Assembly (NCBI RefSeq): GCF_009914755.1
Contig: NC_060927.1
Direction: 5' to 3' (one strand)
DNA length: 64,000 bases
Origin: the human T2T-CHM13v2.0 reference genome, Homo sapiens
A model generated the notes under the pieces. It did no database searches. It was not told where the DNA came from and saw only the letters and a program-made list of their open reading frames with translations. A program made the position numbers and the translations under genes. Below, piece after piece: positions 29,540 through 45,685 of this stretch (the first letter of the stretch is position 1; each line of letters begins with the position of its first letter).

Positions 29540-31775
29540 AGACTTCTGCTTCTGCCCACGATAAAGTCAATGGGACTGTATATACCCAGACAGTATATAT
29601 ACCTTCCCACCTGAACAACAGCAACATCACAGATAAAATATACTAAATAATGGTTTTAAAGAAACTGGACATCAAGCACAAAGGATAGTGATCCTTTAGA
29701 CACAGGAAATAAATAAGGTGAGCTGTAAGATTGCTTCAGCTTACTGCATGGAGCATCTCCTCTGCATTGCATTGCAGGGAGATGGAATTCAAGGGAAATC
29801 CAGTGGGTTCACTGAACTGAGGAGACAGAACTGAGATTCTAGGGAGAACAAGGCAGTTAGAGTTGGCCGGACACAGTACTGAAGAGGAGAGAGCTTCAAG
29901 AGACCTAGAGATCTGTAGAAGGTATCCTCTGTGTATTCAGCAGTGTGCTCATCAGGCATCATGTGAGGAAACTACTCAGGGCTAGGGAAACACTCATTAG
30001 AATGGATTTAATAGTACAGTGCCTGCATTTACACTGTGCTGCAGATAGTGTCTGTTCCTACAGTGCACACTGAAAAAGCTCATTATTCACAGAGCGTCAG
30101 GTAGAATACTCAGGAAGGACTTGCTTCAATAGTGGGGAATTATCATCAGTAGATTGAGCACTGTAAATCATAAAACAACTGATGAAAGCAAGACCAAAAG
30201 GATCAAACTATTTCCAAATGGTTTAACTGCATACCAGAATAAAACTCAGGGATAATTATAGAAATTTAGAAACACTCAGCACTTCAATATGATTAAAAAG
30301 AATAATAATCAATATTTGAAACCAACCCTGAACTGACACAGATATTGGAATTACCAAACAATGATGTTAAAGTGGTTTTTACAACAGTATTCAATATGTC
30401 CAAAAAATGAAATAGAAGCTGGATGGTATTTAAAAAACACCCAAGTTTGAATCTCTAGAGGGAAAAATTACGTCTGGGATAAAATATACACTGAATGAGA
30501 TCAATGGCAGATCGAAGAAAGGAGGAGAAAAGATTAGTGAACTTAAAGACTTAGCAATAGAAATTCTCAAAAATGAAGCCCAAAAGTGATAAAATAAACC
30601 AAAATAATGAAAAGAGCATGAACTAGCTGTGCGACAACTTCAGGCAGCCTAATATACATGTAATTTTGAGTCTCCAAAAAGGGACAGGAGGTAGATGAAA
30701 TAGTTAAATAAATAATGACTAAAAAAATTAGATTTGATGAAAACTGCAATCCTACAGGTGAAAAATGTTTAATGAATCTCAAGTAGAAGAAACAAAAGAA
30801 TATACATCATAATAAAAAATGAACACACTATAATCAGTTTACTCAAAAGCAGTGGTAAAGAGAATAAAAAATAAGGATAACAAGAGCTCTCATCAGAAAC
30901 AATGTAAATGAGAGGACAGAAGAACAAAATCTGAAAGAAGAACTTAGATTTCTATACCCACTGAATTATCTTTAGAAAATGAAAGCAAAATAAAGATGTT
31001 TTAGATATAAACTAAGCTGAAAGAATGTATTACTAGAAGACCTGAACCACCAGAAATGTTAAAGGAATTTCTTCAGGCAGAAGGAATCAATAAAAGTAAT
31101 AGAGTTCACATCATATAAAGTATGTTCTTTGACTACAGTGGAATTAAATTAGAAATCAATATTTAAAACATCTGGAAAATCTTAAAATGTTTATAATGTA
31201 CATACATCTGAATAATTCATGAGTCAAAAAAGAAATGACGATGAATTTGACTAGAATAAAAATGAAAGGTATTAGAATTTGTAGGATGCAGCTAAAGCAG
31301 TAGAGAAGAATTTATAGTTTAAATGTCTATATTAGAAAAGAATGATCTCAGTGACCTCAGCATTCACCTTAGGAAAACGGAAAAAGAGCAAATTCCTAAG
31401 TAAATAGAAAAGGAGAAATAATAAAGATCTGAGCAGAAATACATGAAATAGAAAAACTGAATAGAGGCTGGGAGAGAGAGAATGAGGGAAGTATTGTGAA
31501 AAACTTTATGCCAATAAATTTGACGAATTAGATGAAATGGACAAATTCCATGAAAGACGTAAACTACTAAGGCTTACTGAAGAAATAGGTGATCTATTTC
31601 TGTATATAATAACTGTAATATATCTATCAAATAAAACTAATTTTTAGTTTAACGCTTTCTTACAAGGAAAACTTCAGTCTCAAATGGCTTCCCTTTAGAA
31701 TTTTACATGTTTATGGACGAGATTGTATCAGATCTGTGCAGGTTCTTCCTGAAATTGAAGACAAAATCAAACATT
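29540..31775 (+). mobile_element. Old L1M (L1MC/MD-like): 5' region, ORF1 and partial ORF2
   Basis: GACTTCTGCTTCTG start, ORF1-like TCTCATCAGAAACAATG, ORF2-like GATGAAATGGACAAATTCC. Confidence 0.7.
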
Positions 31776-31789
31776 TTTAAATTAAACAT

Positions 31790-32645
31790 TTTTTAGCTTA
31801 AAAATATTTAATTGACAAAGATTGTATATATTAAAGGTGTACAATGGATGATTGGGTATATTATATACATGTTACATAATGATTATCACATTTGTCAGCA
31901 CACATGTTGTGCATTAGATCCCTAGAACTTGTTGATCTTAGAACTGAAAGTTTGTATCCTTTGATCAACATTTCCCCACCCTGCAGTCCTTGACAACCAC
32001 CATTCTACTCTCTGTTTCTAAGAGTTCTTTTTTTTTTTTGATTCCACATATAAGTGAGATAATACAGATTTGTCTTTATGTGTTTGGCTTATTTCACTTT
32101 ACATAATATCCTCCAGGACATTTCATTCATGTTGCTGTAAATGGCTAGATCTTCTTCGTTGTGATTGAATAAAATGTTATTGTATATATTCCACATATTT
32201 TCTTTACCCATGCATCTACTGACAGACACTTAGGTTGTTTCCACCCCTTGGCTATTGTGGATGAATGAGGGGGTGCAGATATCTCTTTGAGATATTGATG
32301 TGATTCCTTTGGGTATATACCCAGAAGTGGGATTGCTAGATTGTATGATAGTTCTGTTTTAATTTTTTTGAGGAACCACTATACTGTTTTTCATAATGGC
32401 TATGTTAATTTACATTCCCATCTTTAGTGTACAAGGATTCTCTTTTCTCTACAACTTCATCAATACTGGTTATCTCTTGTTTTTTTTTTTTTCTTCCTTT
32501 TTTTTTTTTTTTGAAAATAGCCATTCTAACACTTGTGAGGTGATATCTCATTTTACTTTTGATTTGCATTTATTTGATGATTAGTGATACTGAACACCTT
32601 TTCATACACCTGTTGCCATATGTATATCTTTGGGAAAATATCTAT
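31790..32645 (-). mobile_element. L1MA8/9-like 3' end, about 850 bp
   Basis: TTTAATTGACAAAGATTGTATATATT...CATTAGATCCCTAGAACTT...GATTCCACATATAAGTGAGAT. Confidence 0.8.
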
Positions 32646-32646
32646 A

Positions 32647-32866
32647 GACAGATGTGGTAAAAGGCACCAGCTACTTGGAGTTTGAGGCAGGAGAATTGCT
32701 TGCATCCAGGATTTCTGGGCTGTAGTGCATTATGCTGATTGGGTGTCTGCACTAACATGGATGTTAGTATGGTAAACTCCTGGGAGTAGGGGATGACCAA
32801 CTTGCCTGAAGGAAAGGGTACAAGCCCAGGTTGGAAACAACACAACAAAAGTCTTGTGATGATTAG
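32647..32866 (+). pseudogene. 7SL (SRP) RNA pseudogene, 3'-truncated near nt 230
   Basis: Contains S-domain sequence absent from Alu: TTCTGGGCTGTAGTGCATTATGCTGATTGGGTGTCTGCACTAA, CTCCTGGGAGTAGGGG and GCCCAGGTTGGAAAC. Ends at GTGATGATTAG (7SL GTGCTGATCAG) with no 3' Alu domain or poly(A). Confidence 0.88.
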
Positions 32867-32944
32867 AATCAAACATTTATAATGCCATTTTTTTTTCTGT
32901 AACCTTGTAGGGGAATGAGGCAGAATTTCACCTCTTTCCTTTAA

Positions 32945-34170
32945 AAAAATCTTTTTATTGATACATAGTAATTATAATCAAATTAGTGTATTTAGAATAT
33001 TTGTTACCTCAAACACTTATAATTTCTTTGTGTTGGGAATTTTTCATATCTTCTAGCTATTTTGAAATATATAATATATTGTTAACTACAGTCACCCTAC
33101 TGGGCTGTTGAACACTAGAACTTATTCATTTAACTGTATGTTTGTACCCATTGACAAACCTCTTCATTCCTGCCCACATTTTGTAGCCTCTGGTAAACAT
33201 TCTACTCTGTGCCTCCATGAGATCCACTTTTTTAGCTCCCACGTATGAGTGACAACATGTGATATTTGTCATTCTGTGCCTGGTGTATTTCACTTAACAT
33301 AATGACCACTAGATCCAACCATGTTGCACATGGCAGGACTTCCTTTTTTATGGCTGAATAGTATGCCATTGTGTATCTACACCACATTTTCTTTATCCAT
33401 TCATCCATTGACGGATTGATTTTATATCCTGGCCATTGTGAATAGTGCCCTGATAAATGGGAGTGCCAGTATCTTTTAGATTGATTTCTTTTCCTTTGGA
33501 TAAATACCCATATTAGTCCCTTTTCACACTGCTGATAAAGACATACCTGAGACTGGGTAATTTATAAAGGAAAGAGTTTTAATTGACTCACAGTTTCGCA
33601 TGGTTAGGGAGGCCTCAGGAAACTTACAATCATGGTGTCAGGGGAAGCAAATACGTCCTTCTTCACATAATGGCAGGAAGGAGAAGAATGAGTGCCCTGT
33701 GAAGGAGGGAGTCCCTTATAAAACCGTCAGATCTCTTGAGAACTAACTTACTATCACGAGAAAAGGATGGGGGAACCACCCCCATGATTCAGTTATCTCC
33801 TGCTGGTCCCTCCCATGACATGTGGGGATTATGGGAACTACAATTCAGGATGAGATTTGGGTGAGAACACAGCCAAACCATATCAAATACCTAGTAGTGT
33901 GATTGCTGGGCCATATGGTAGTTCTGTTTTCAGTTGTTTTGAGAATTCTCTTACTGTTTTCCATAATGGCTGTACTAATTTACATTCCCACTACAGTGTG
34001 TAAGAGTTGCCTTTTCTCCACATTCTCACCAGAATTTTTTTTATATTAACCATTCTAACTGAGGAGAGATGATATTTCATTATAGTTTTGATTTGCATTT
34101 CCCTGGTGATTAGTGATGTTGAGCATGTCTTCATTTACCTCCTGGCCATTTGTATGTCTTCCTTTTTACT
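32945..34170 (-). mobile_element. L1MA (MA4/5-like) 3' end interrupted by a THE1 LTR
   Basis: TTCTAGCTATTTTGAAATATATAAT...TTAGCTCCCACGTATGAGTGA. Confidence 0.8.
33509..33885 (-). mobile_element. THE1 (THE1C/D-like) MaLR solo LTR
   Basis: TATTAGTCCCTTTTCACACTGCTGATAAAGACATACCTGAGACTGGG...CAGCCAAACCATATCA. Flanking repeat AATACC at 33503-33508 and 33886-33891. Confidence 0.9.
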
Positions 34171-34171
34171 T

Positions 34172-34325
34172 TCATTTTTCTTTTGAGACAAGGTCTCTGC
34201 CACCCAGGTTGGAGTGCAGTGGCACAGTAATAGCTCACTGCAGCCTCAAACTCCTGAGCTCAAGAAATCCTCCCAACTCAGTCTCTGGAGTAGCTGAGGC
34301 TACAGGCACACATCACCATGCCTAC
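34172..34325 (-). mobile_element. AluJ right arm / FRAM-like fragment
   Basis: ATAGCTCACTGCAGCCTCAAACTCCTGAGCTCAAG. Confidence 0.8.
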
Positions 34326-34543
34326 CTCTGTTTTTAAAAGAAATAGATTTCAGGGGTACAAGTGAAGTTTTGTTCCGTGGATGTAGTGTGTAAGGTGAAG
34401 TCTGAGCTTTTAGTGTAACTGTCACCTGAGTAGTGTACATTGTACTCATAAGGCTTCATTTATTTGTATAGTTTATTGTAGAATCCCTCTTGGAATTATT
34501 TCTACCTTTATCCTGCTTTTGTCCGAGAAGATACTTTCTATGA

Positions 34544-34852
<309 letters not shown>

Positions 34853-35792
34853 TGATTTCAATTTTTAAAAAATTTATTGCGACTAATTTTGTGTCCTGAT
34901 ATATAGCCCATCTTGGAAAATGTTCCATATGCTGATGAGAAGAATGCACATTTTGTGGTTATTGGGTAGAGTGTTCTATGCATGTCTGTTAGGTCCATTT
35001 TGGCCTGGAGTCCAATTTAAGTCCAGGATTTCTTTGTTGATTTCAGTCTCAATTATCTGTCTAGTGTTGTCAGTGGGGTGGTGAAGTTCCCCATTGTTAT
35101 TCTATTGCTGTCTGTTTTCTTAGGTCAAGTAGTATTTGTTTAATAAATCAAGGTGCTCTGGTTTTGGGGCATGTATATTTAGGATTGTTATAACTTCTTG
35201 TTGAATTGTTCTCTTTATCCTTATATAATGACCTCCTTTATCTTTTTCTATTGTTGTTGATTTGAAGTCTTTTTTATCTAATATAAATATAGCCACTTCT
35301 GCTTACTTTTGGTTTCTGTTGGCATGGTATATCCCTTTCCACCCCTTTACATTGAGTCTATAAATGTCTTTACAAGTTAGATGGGTTTCTTGTAAGCAGT
35401 ATATGGTTGGATCCTGTTTTTAAAATTTATTCCACCAATATGTATCATTTAAATGGTGCATTTAATCCATTTATATTCAAAGTTAATATTGATACATGAG
35501 GTTTTGTTCCTGTCATAATGTTAACTGTTGCCTAGTTGCTTTGTAGTCTCAATTTTGTAATTGTTTTATAAGGCCTCTGAGTTTTATACTTTTTGTGTTT
35601 TTATGATGGCAAGTATCAACCTTTTGTTTTCATGTTTAGAACTCTGTTGAACACTTGTTTTAGTACTGATCTAGTGGTGATTAATTCCCTTAGTGTTTGC
35701 TTGTCTAGAAAAGACTTTGTCATTCATGATGAAACTTAGTTTAGCAGGATAAAAAATTCATGATTGACACTTTTTTATTTAAGAACTATGAA

Positions 35793-36190
<398 letters not shown>

Positions 36191-36724
36191 TTATATGCTT
36201 TTATTTTGCTGATTTTAGGATTTTTTCCTTTACGTTCACTTTAGATAGTTGGATGACTATGTCTTGCTGAGGTCTGTCTTGCAGTATATCTTTATGGAGT
36301 TCTCTGAGCTTCTCATATCTGGATATCTAAATCTCTAGCAAGACTATGGAAATTTTCCTCAATTATTTCCTCAAATAGGTATACCAAAACTTTTTCTTTT
36401 TCTTCTCCATTTGGAATATTTATAACACATAGGTTTGGATATATTACATAATCCTTTACTTCTTGAAGGCTTTTCACTTTTTAAATCTTTTTTCTTTATT
36501 TTTGTCTGTTTGGGTTAATTAGAAAGACCTGTCTTCAAGCTCTGAGATTCTTTCCTCTGCTTGTTCTAGTCTATTGTCTTCAGTGAACATTTTATTTCCA
36601 GAAGTTCTATTTGGTTTTTCTAAAAAGTGTGTATCTCTTCAGTAAATTTTTCATTTATGTCCTAAATATTTTTTTCTGATTTCTTTGTGTTGGTTTTCAA
36701 CTTTTTCTTAGATCTCATTGAGCC

Positions 36725-37097
<373 letters not shown>

Positions 37098-37572
37098 TGA
37101 GATTATTTAAAATCAGTTTTGAAATCTTTATCTGGTATTTCAAAGATTTCATTTTGGTTAGTATGATCTATTGCTGAGGAATTAGTGTGATCCTTTGGGG
37201 GTGTTGTAATGCTGTTTTTTTATATTTTCAGAATTGTTTCTCTGTTTCCTTCTTTTCTAAATAAACTATTTTTCTTATTTTTGAATTTACTTATGTTGGA
37301 TGGTATTAGTTTTTCCCCTTGAAGATGTGACTATAATGTATGTTGTATAGGGTCATTAGGTTCTGGATGCTTTTAGTGGTAAAGACTATATGAACTCCTT
37401 GTAATAGACAACCTTTGTGGGGTGGTTTTCTTAAATGCTGGTTGTAGTAACAATGCACTAGATGTATGAACAGTCTCACTCCCTCTTGCGGGACCAGGTT
37501 GGCGAGGTCTCAGGAAACTAACCTTGTTTCCTGGTGCTGTGCACTTGTGTCAGCAGATTTTATATTGGGTTT

Positions 37573-37604
37573 TGCAGTTCAACCTGTAGGCCAGTAGGTG
37601 GCGC
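37573..37604 (+). promoter_or_regulatory. Candidate CTCF site (upstream module plus core)
   Basis: TGCAGTTCA-N6-AGGCCAGTAGGTGGCGC. The core at 37591-37604 fits CCASYAGRKGGCRS at every position. Confidence 0.6.
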
Positions 37605-39316
37605 TTACAGGTAAGGGCTGGCTGAGGCAGAAGCAGATGTGTATATGCTAGACAGATAAAGGACTTTATTTACCAGAAGCAGCTCTCTGTTGCCTCAGGA
37701 ACTGGGCTGGTCTATAGAATACACAGTGGCCTTAGATCCCTGCTCAGTAACTGAGGTGGGGAACAAAGCCAGGCAGATCTGAACCCCCATGCTTACTCTC
37801 AGATACCCCAGTGCCAGGCACAAGCACCAGCACTGATTAGACTGGCAAGGGGAGCTCCTGGTGAAATCTGCTGAGGTCCCCACAGGAGGTGGGGTTGCTG
37901 CCCCAGCTCCATGACCTATACAGGCAGGAATATGATCCACTTCCCTGTCATGCTCTTGTCCAGTGCTCGGAACACTCAGATTGGACAGACAATGCTTTCT
38001 ATCTCCAGGCTGCAGTGTAGCCAAGAGCTGTGAAGATATCTATCTTGTGGCTCACAGTCAAAATGTCTTCTGTGTGGAACTTCCTCCCTCATCCCAAAGC
38101 ACACAGCTCTGTGGTTGTCCTGCTCTTCACTGCAGGTATGCTGCTACTGGGAGGGGCCCTGCATTTTGTGCAAGGCTGGGCCTGATGGGCACACCACCAG
38201 TGGGGATGCTGCTGCCCCCTAATCGCCCTAGAATAGGCATCCTCCAGTGTGCCTTTGCCAGCCTCCTGCAGGAGTAGCCATGGCTTTGTGTGCAGTGGTG
38301 GGTAATGGTGGGAGAGAAGTCTCCCTCTCTGTATCTGCGCCTGAGCACTGAGGCTGCCTGGCTCCTGGGATGGAACCACACTCTTCCCTTTTAGAACTAA
38401 GCACAACATCTGCATTTCCACTGGAAGTGGTGCAGTCACTTCTACCCCACAGATGGGCAGCTCTAAGGCAAGGGAAAGCATGCACTGTGGTCTCTTTTGT
38501 CTCAAGGGGTGCCCCTTTGGCGGGTTGCACTCTTGCCTTAGGAACAACATTCCCTGAGGACTGGGACACTGGGAACCCTGAAGCTCTCCTCGGTTCAGCC
38601 AGCCCTGTGTGCCTGCTGCAATTCATGTGGGTGCGGAGAAATGTCTGCTAGGACTCCAGTGATGTGGAAACACAAGCACTGAGGTTTCCTGGTGGATTTA
38701 TTTCTAGTTTCTCTATGCTGTTATATTGGTTATGTGTCTGTTTTTGTACCAGTACCATGCTGTTTTGGTTACTATAGCTTTGTAGTGTATTTTGAAATCA
38801 GGTAATGTGATGCCTATAGCTTTGTTCTCTTTGCTCAGGGTTGCTTTGGCTATTTTTTTTTTTTTAATTCCATACAAGTTTTAGCATGGTTTTCCTATTT
38901 CTGTGAATAATGTCATTGGTATTTTGATAGGGATTTCACTGAATCTGTAGGTTTTGGGGGAAGTATGGTCATTTTAACAATATTCTTACAATCCGTGGCA
39001 TTCAGTGTGTTTCTTTTTTTTTTTTTTTTTTTTTGCAGTTCCAACCTTTTATTTTTGCAGACTTAAATTTCTTTTTTTTTTTTGTAGTTTTCTTTTTTTT
39101 TTTCTTTTATTATTATACTTTAAGTTTTAGGGTATGTGTGCACATTGTGCAGGTTAGTTGCATATGTATACATGTGCCACGCTGGTGCGCTGCACCCACT
39201 AACTCGTCATCTAGCCTTAGGTATATCTCCCAGTGCTATCCCTCCCCCCTCCCTCCACCCCAAAACAGTCCCCAGAGTGTGATGTTCCCCTTCCTGTGTC
39301 CATGTGATCTCATTGT

Positions 39317-43144
<3,828 letters not shown>

Positions 43145-43207
43145 GATGATGTTAGCTGGTTATTTTGCTCGTTAGTTGATGCAGTTTCTTCCTAGTCTCG
43201 ATGGTCT

Positions 43208-44224
43208 TTACATTTTGGCATGATTTTGCAGCGGCTGGTACCGGTTGTTCCTTTCCATGTTTAGCGCTTCCTTCAGGAGCTCTTGTAAGGCAGGCCTGGT
43301 GGTGACAAAATCTCTCAGCATTTGCTTGTCTGTAAAGTATTGTATTTCTCCTTCACTTATGAAGCTTAGTTTGGCTGGATATGAAATTCTGGGTTGAAAA
43401 TTCTTTTCTTTAAGAATGTTGAATATTGGCCCCCACTGTCTTCTGGCTTGTAGGGTTTCTGCCAAGAGATCCCCTGTTAGTCTGATGGGCTTCCCTTTGA
43501 GGGTAACCCGACCTTTCTCTTTGGCTACCCTTAACATTTTTTCCTTCATTTCAACTTTGGTGAATCTGACAACTATGTGTCTTGGAGTTGCTCTTCTCGA
43601 GGAGTATCTTTGTGGTGGTCTCTGTATTTCCTGAATCTGAACGTTGGCCTGCCTTGCTAGATTGGGGAAGTTCTCCTGGAAAATATCCTGCAGAGTGTTT
43701 TCCAACTTGGTTCCATTCTCCCCGTCACTTTCAGGTACACCAATCAGACGTAGATTTGGTCTTTTCACATAGTCCCATATTTCTTGGAGGCTTTGCTCAT
43801 TTCTTTTTATTCTTTTTTCTCTAAACTTCCCTTCTCGCTTCATTTCATTCATTTCATCTTCCATCGCTGATACCCTTTCTTCCAGTTGATCGCATCGGCT
43901 GCTGAGGCTTCTGCATTCTTCCCGTTGTTCTCGAGCCTTGGTTTTCAGCTCCATCAGCTCCTTTAAGCACTTCTCTGTATTGGTTATTCTAGTTATACCT
44001 TCTTCTAAATTTTTTTCAAAGTTTTCAACTTCTTTGCCTTTGGTTTGAGTGTCCTCCCGTAGCTCAGAGTAATTTGATCGTCTGAAGCCTTCTTCTCTCA
44101 GCTCGTCAAAGTCATTCTCCGTCCAGCTTTGTTCCATTGCTGGTGAGGAACTGCGTTCCTTTGGAGGAGGAGAGGCGCTCTGCTTTTTAGAGTTTCCAGT
44201 TTTTCTGTTCTGTTTTTTCCCCAT
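43208..44224 (-). CDS. L1 ORF1p, intact 338 aa
   Basis: MGKKQNRK...QNHAKM with ARR and YPAKLS retained. Substitutions include T203P and R235K. Confidence 0.95.
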   Translation of the reverse strand: MGKKQNRKTGNSKKQSASPPPKERSSSPAMEQSWTENDFDELREEGFRRSNYSELREDTQTKGKEVENFEKNLEEGITRITNTEKCLKELMELKTKAREQREECRSLSSRCDQLEERVSAMEDEMNEMKREGKFREKRIKRNEQSLQEIWDYVKRPNLRLIGVPESDGENGTKLENTLQDIFQENFPNLARQANVQIQEIQRPPQRYSSRRATPRHIVVRFTKVEMKEKMLRVAKEKGRVTLKGKPIRLTGDLLAETLQARRQWGPIFNILKEKNFQPRISYPAKLSFISEGEIQYFTDKQMLRDFVTTRPALQELLKEALNMERNNRYQPLQNHAKM

Positions 44225-45131
44225 CTTTGTGGTTTTATCTACTTTTGGTCTTTGATGATGGTGATGTACAGATGGGTTTTTGGTGTGGATGTCCTTTCTG
44301 TTTGTTAGTTTTCCTTCTAACAGGCAGGACCCTCAGCTGCAGGTCTGTTGGAGTACCCTGCCGTGTGAGATGTCAGTGTGCCCCTGCTGGGGGGGTGCCT
44401 CCCAGTTAGGCTGCTCGGGGGTCAGGTGTCAGGGACCCTCTTGAGGAGGCAGTCTGCCCGTTCTCAGATCTCCAGCTGCGTACTGGGAGAACCACTGCTC
44501 TCTTCAAAGCTGTCAGACAGGGACATTTAAGTCTGCAGAGGTTACTGCTGTCTTTTTGTTTGTCTGTGCCCTGCCCCCAGAGGTGGAGCCTACAGAGGCA
44601 GGCAGGCCTCCTTGAGCTGTGGTGGGCTCCACCCAGTTGGAGCTTCTTGGCTGCTTTGTTTACCTAAGCAAGCCTGGGCAATGGCGGGCGCCCCTCCCCC
44701 AGCCTCGCTGCCGCCTTGCAGTTTGATCTGAAACTGCTGTGCTAGCAATCAGTGAGTCTCCGTGGGCGTAGGACCCTCCGAGCCACGTGCGGGATATAAT
44801 CTTGTGGTGTGCCGTTTTTTAAGCCCGTCGGAAAAGCGCAGTATTCGGGTGGGAGTGACCCGATTTTCCAGGTGCTGTCCGTCACCCCTTTCTTTGACTA
44901 GGAAAGGGAACTCCCTGACCCCTTGCGCTTCCCGAGTGAGGCAATGCCTTACCCTGCTTCGGCTCGCGTACGGTGCGCACACCCACTGACCTGCGCCCAC
45001 TCTCTGGCACTCCCTAGTGAGATGAACCCGGTACCTCAGATGGAAATGCAGAAATCACCCGTTTTCTGCGCCGCTCACGCTGGGAGCTGTAGACCGGAGC
45101 TGTTCCTATTCGGCCATCTTGGCTCCTCCCC
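44225..45131 (-). promoter_or_regulatory. L1 5' UTR: sense promoter with intact YY1 site, and antisense promoter facing the + strand
   Basis: CGGCCATCTTG at 45111-45121 (YY1). CpG-rich. ORF0 ATG at 44681. Confidence 0.85.
44681..44989 (+). pseudogene. L1 ORF0 with a premature stop at codon 17
   Basis: ATG GCG GGC GCC CCT... = MAGAPPPASLPPCSLI, then TGA (44729-44731) where the consensus has TCA. The same frame continues as ORF 44762..44989 (VGVGPSEP...). Confidence 0.85.
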
Positions 45132-45271
45132 CAGTGTGTTTCAATTTGTTTGTGTCTTCTTCAACTACTTTAGTCAGTGTTTTGTAGTTTCCTTGTAGAG
45201 GTCTTTTACTTCCTTAGTTAAATTTATTTCTAGGTTTTTAATTGTTTTGGTAGCTATTGTAAATGGGATTG

Positions 45272-45685
45272 TGATATAGTTCAGATATTTGTCCCCTCCA
45301 AAGCTCATGTTGAAATGTTATCCCAATATTGGAGATAGGGCTCAGTGGGAGGTGTTTGGGTCATGGGGGTGGATCTCTCATGAATGTTTTGCTGCCCTCC
45401 ACATTATAAGAGAGTTCTTGCTCTGTTAGTTTATATGAGCTCTGGGTGTTAAAGAGTCTGGGACTTCCTCCCCTCCTGCTCTCTTGCTCCATCTCTGGCT
45501 GTGTCACACTTGAACTCCCCTTTCCCATTTGCCATGATTGGAAGCTCCCTAAATCCCTCACCCGAAACAGATGCTGGTGCCATGCTTCTTGTGCAGCCTG
45601 CAGAACCACAAAACAAATAAGCCTCTTTTTAAAAAAAATAAATTACCCAGCCTCAGGTATACATTTATGGCAACAGACTGACACA
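45272..45685 (+). mobile_element. MST (MSTB-like) MaLR solo LTR
   Basis: TGATATAGTT...CTCATGTTGAAAT...AATTACCCAGCCTCAGGTAT...GACACA. 5-bp TSD GATTG at 45267-45271 and 45686-45690. Confidence 0.9.

Noticed and set aside
37605-37616. TTACAG|GTAAGG as a recursive splice site
   Set aside because: There is no polypyrimidine tract upstream and it lies inside an L1 remnant. TAG|GTAAGG at ~28646 fails for the same reason.
37695-38651. Overlapping ORFs of 84-153 aa
   Set aside because: They fall in the GC-rich 5' region of a decayed L1 and show no coding signature.
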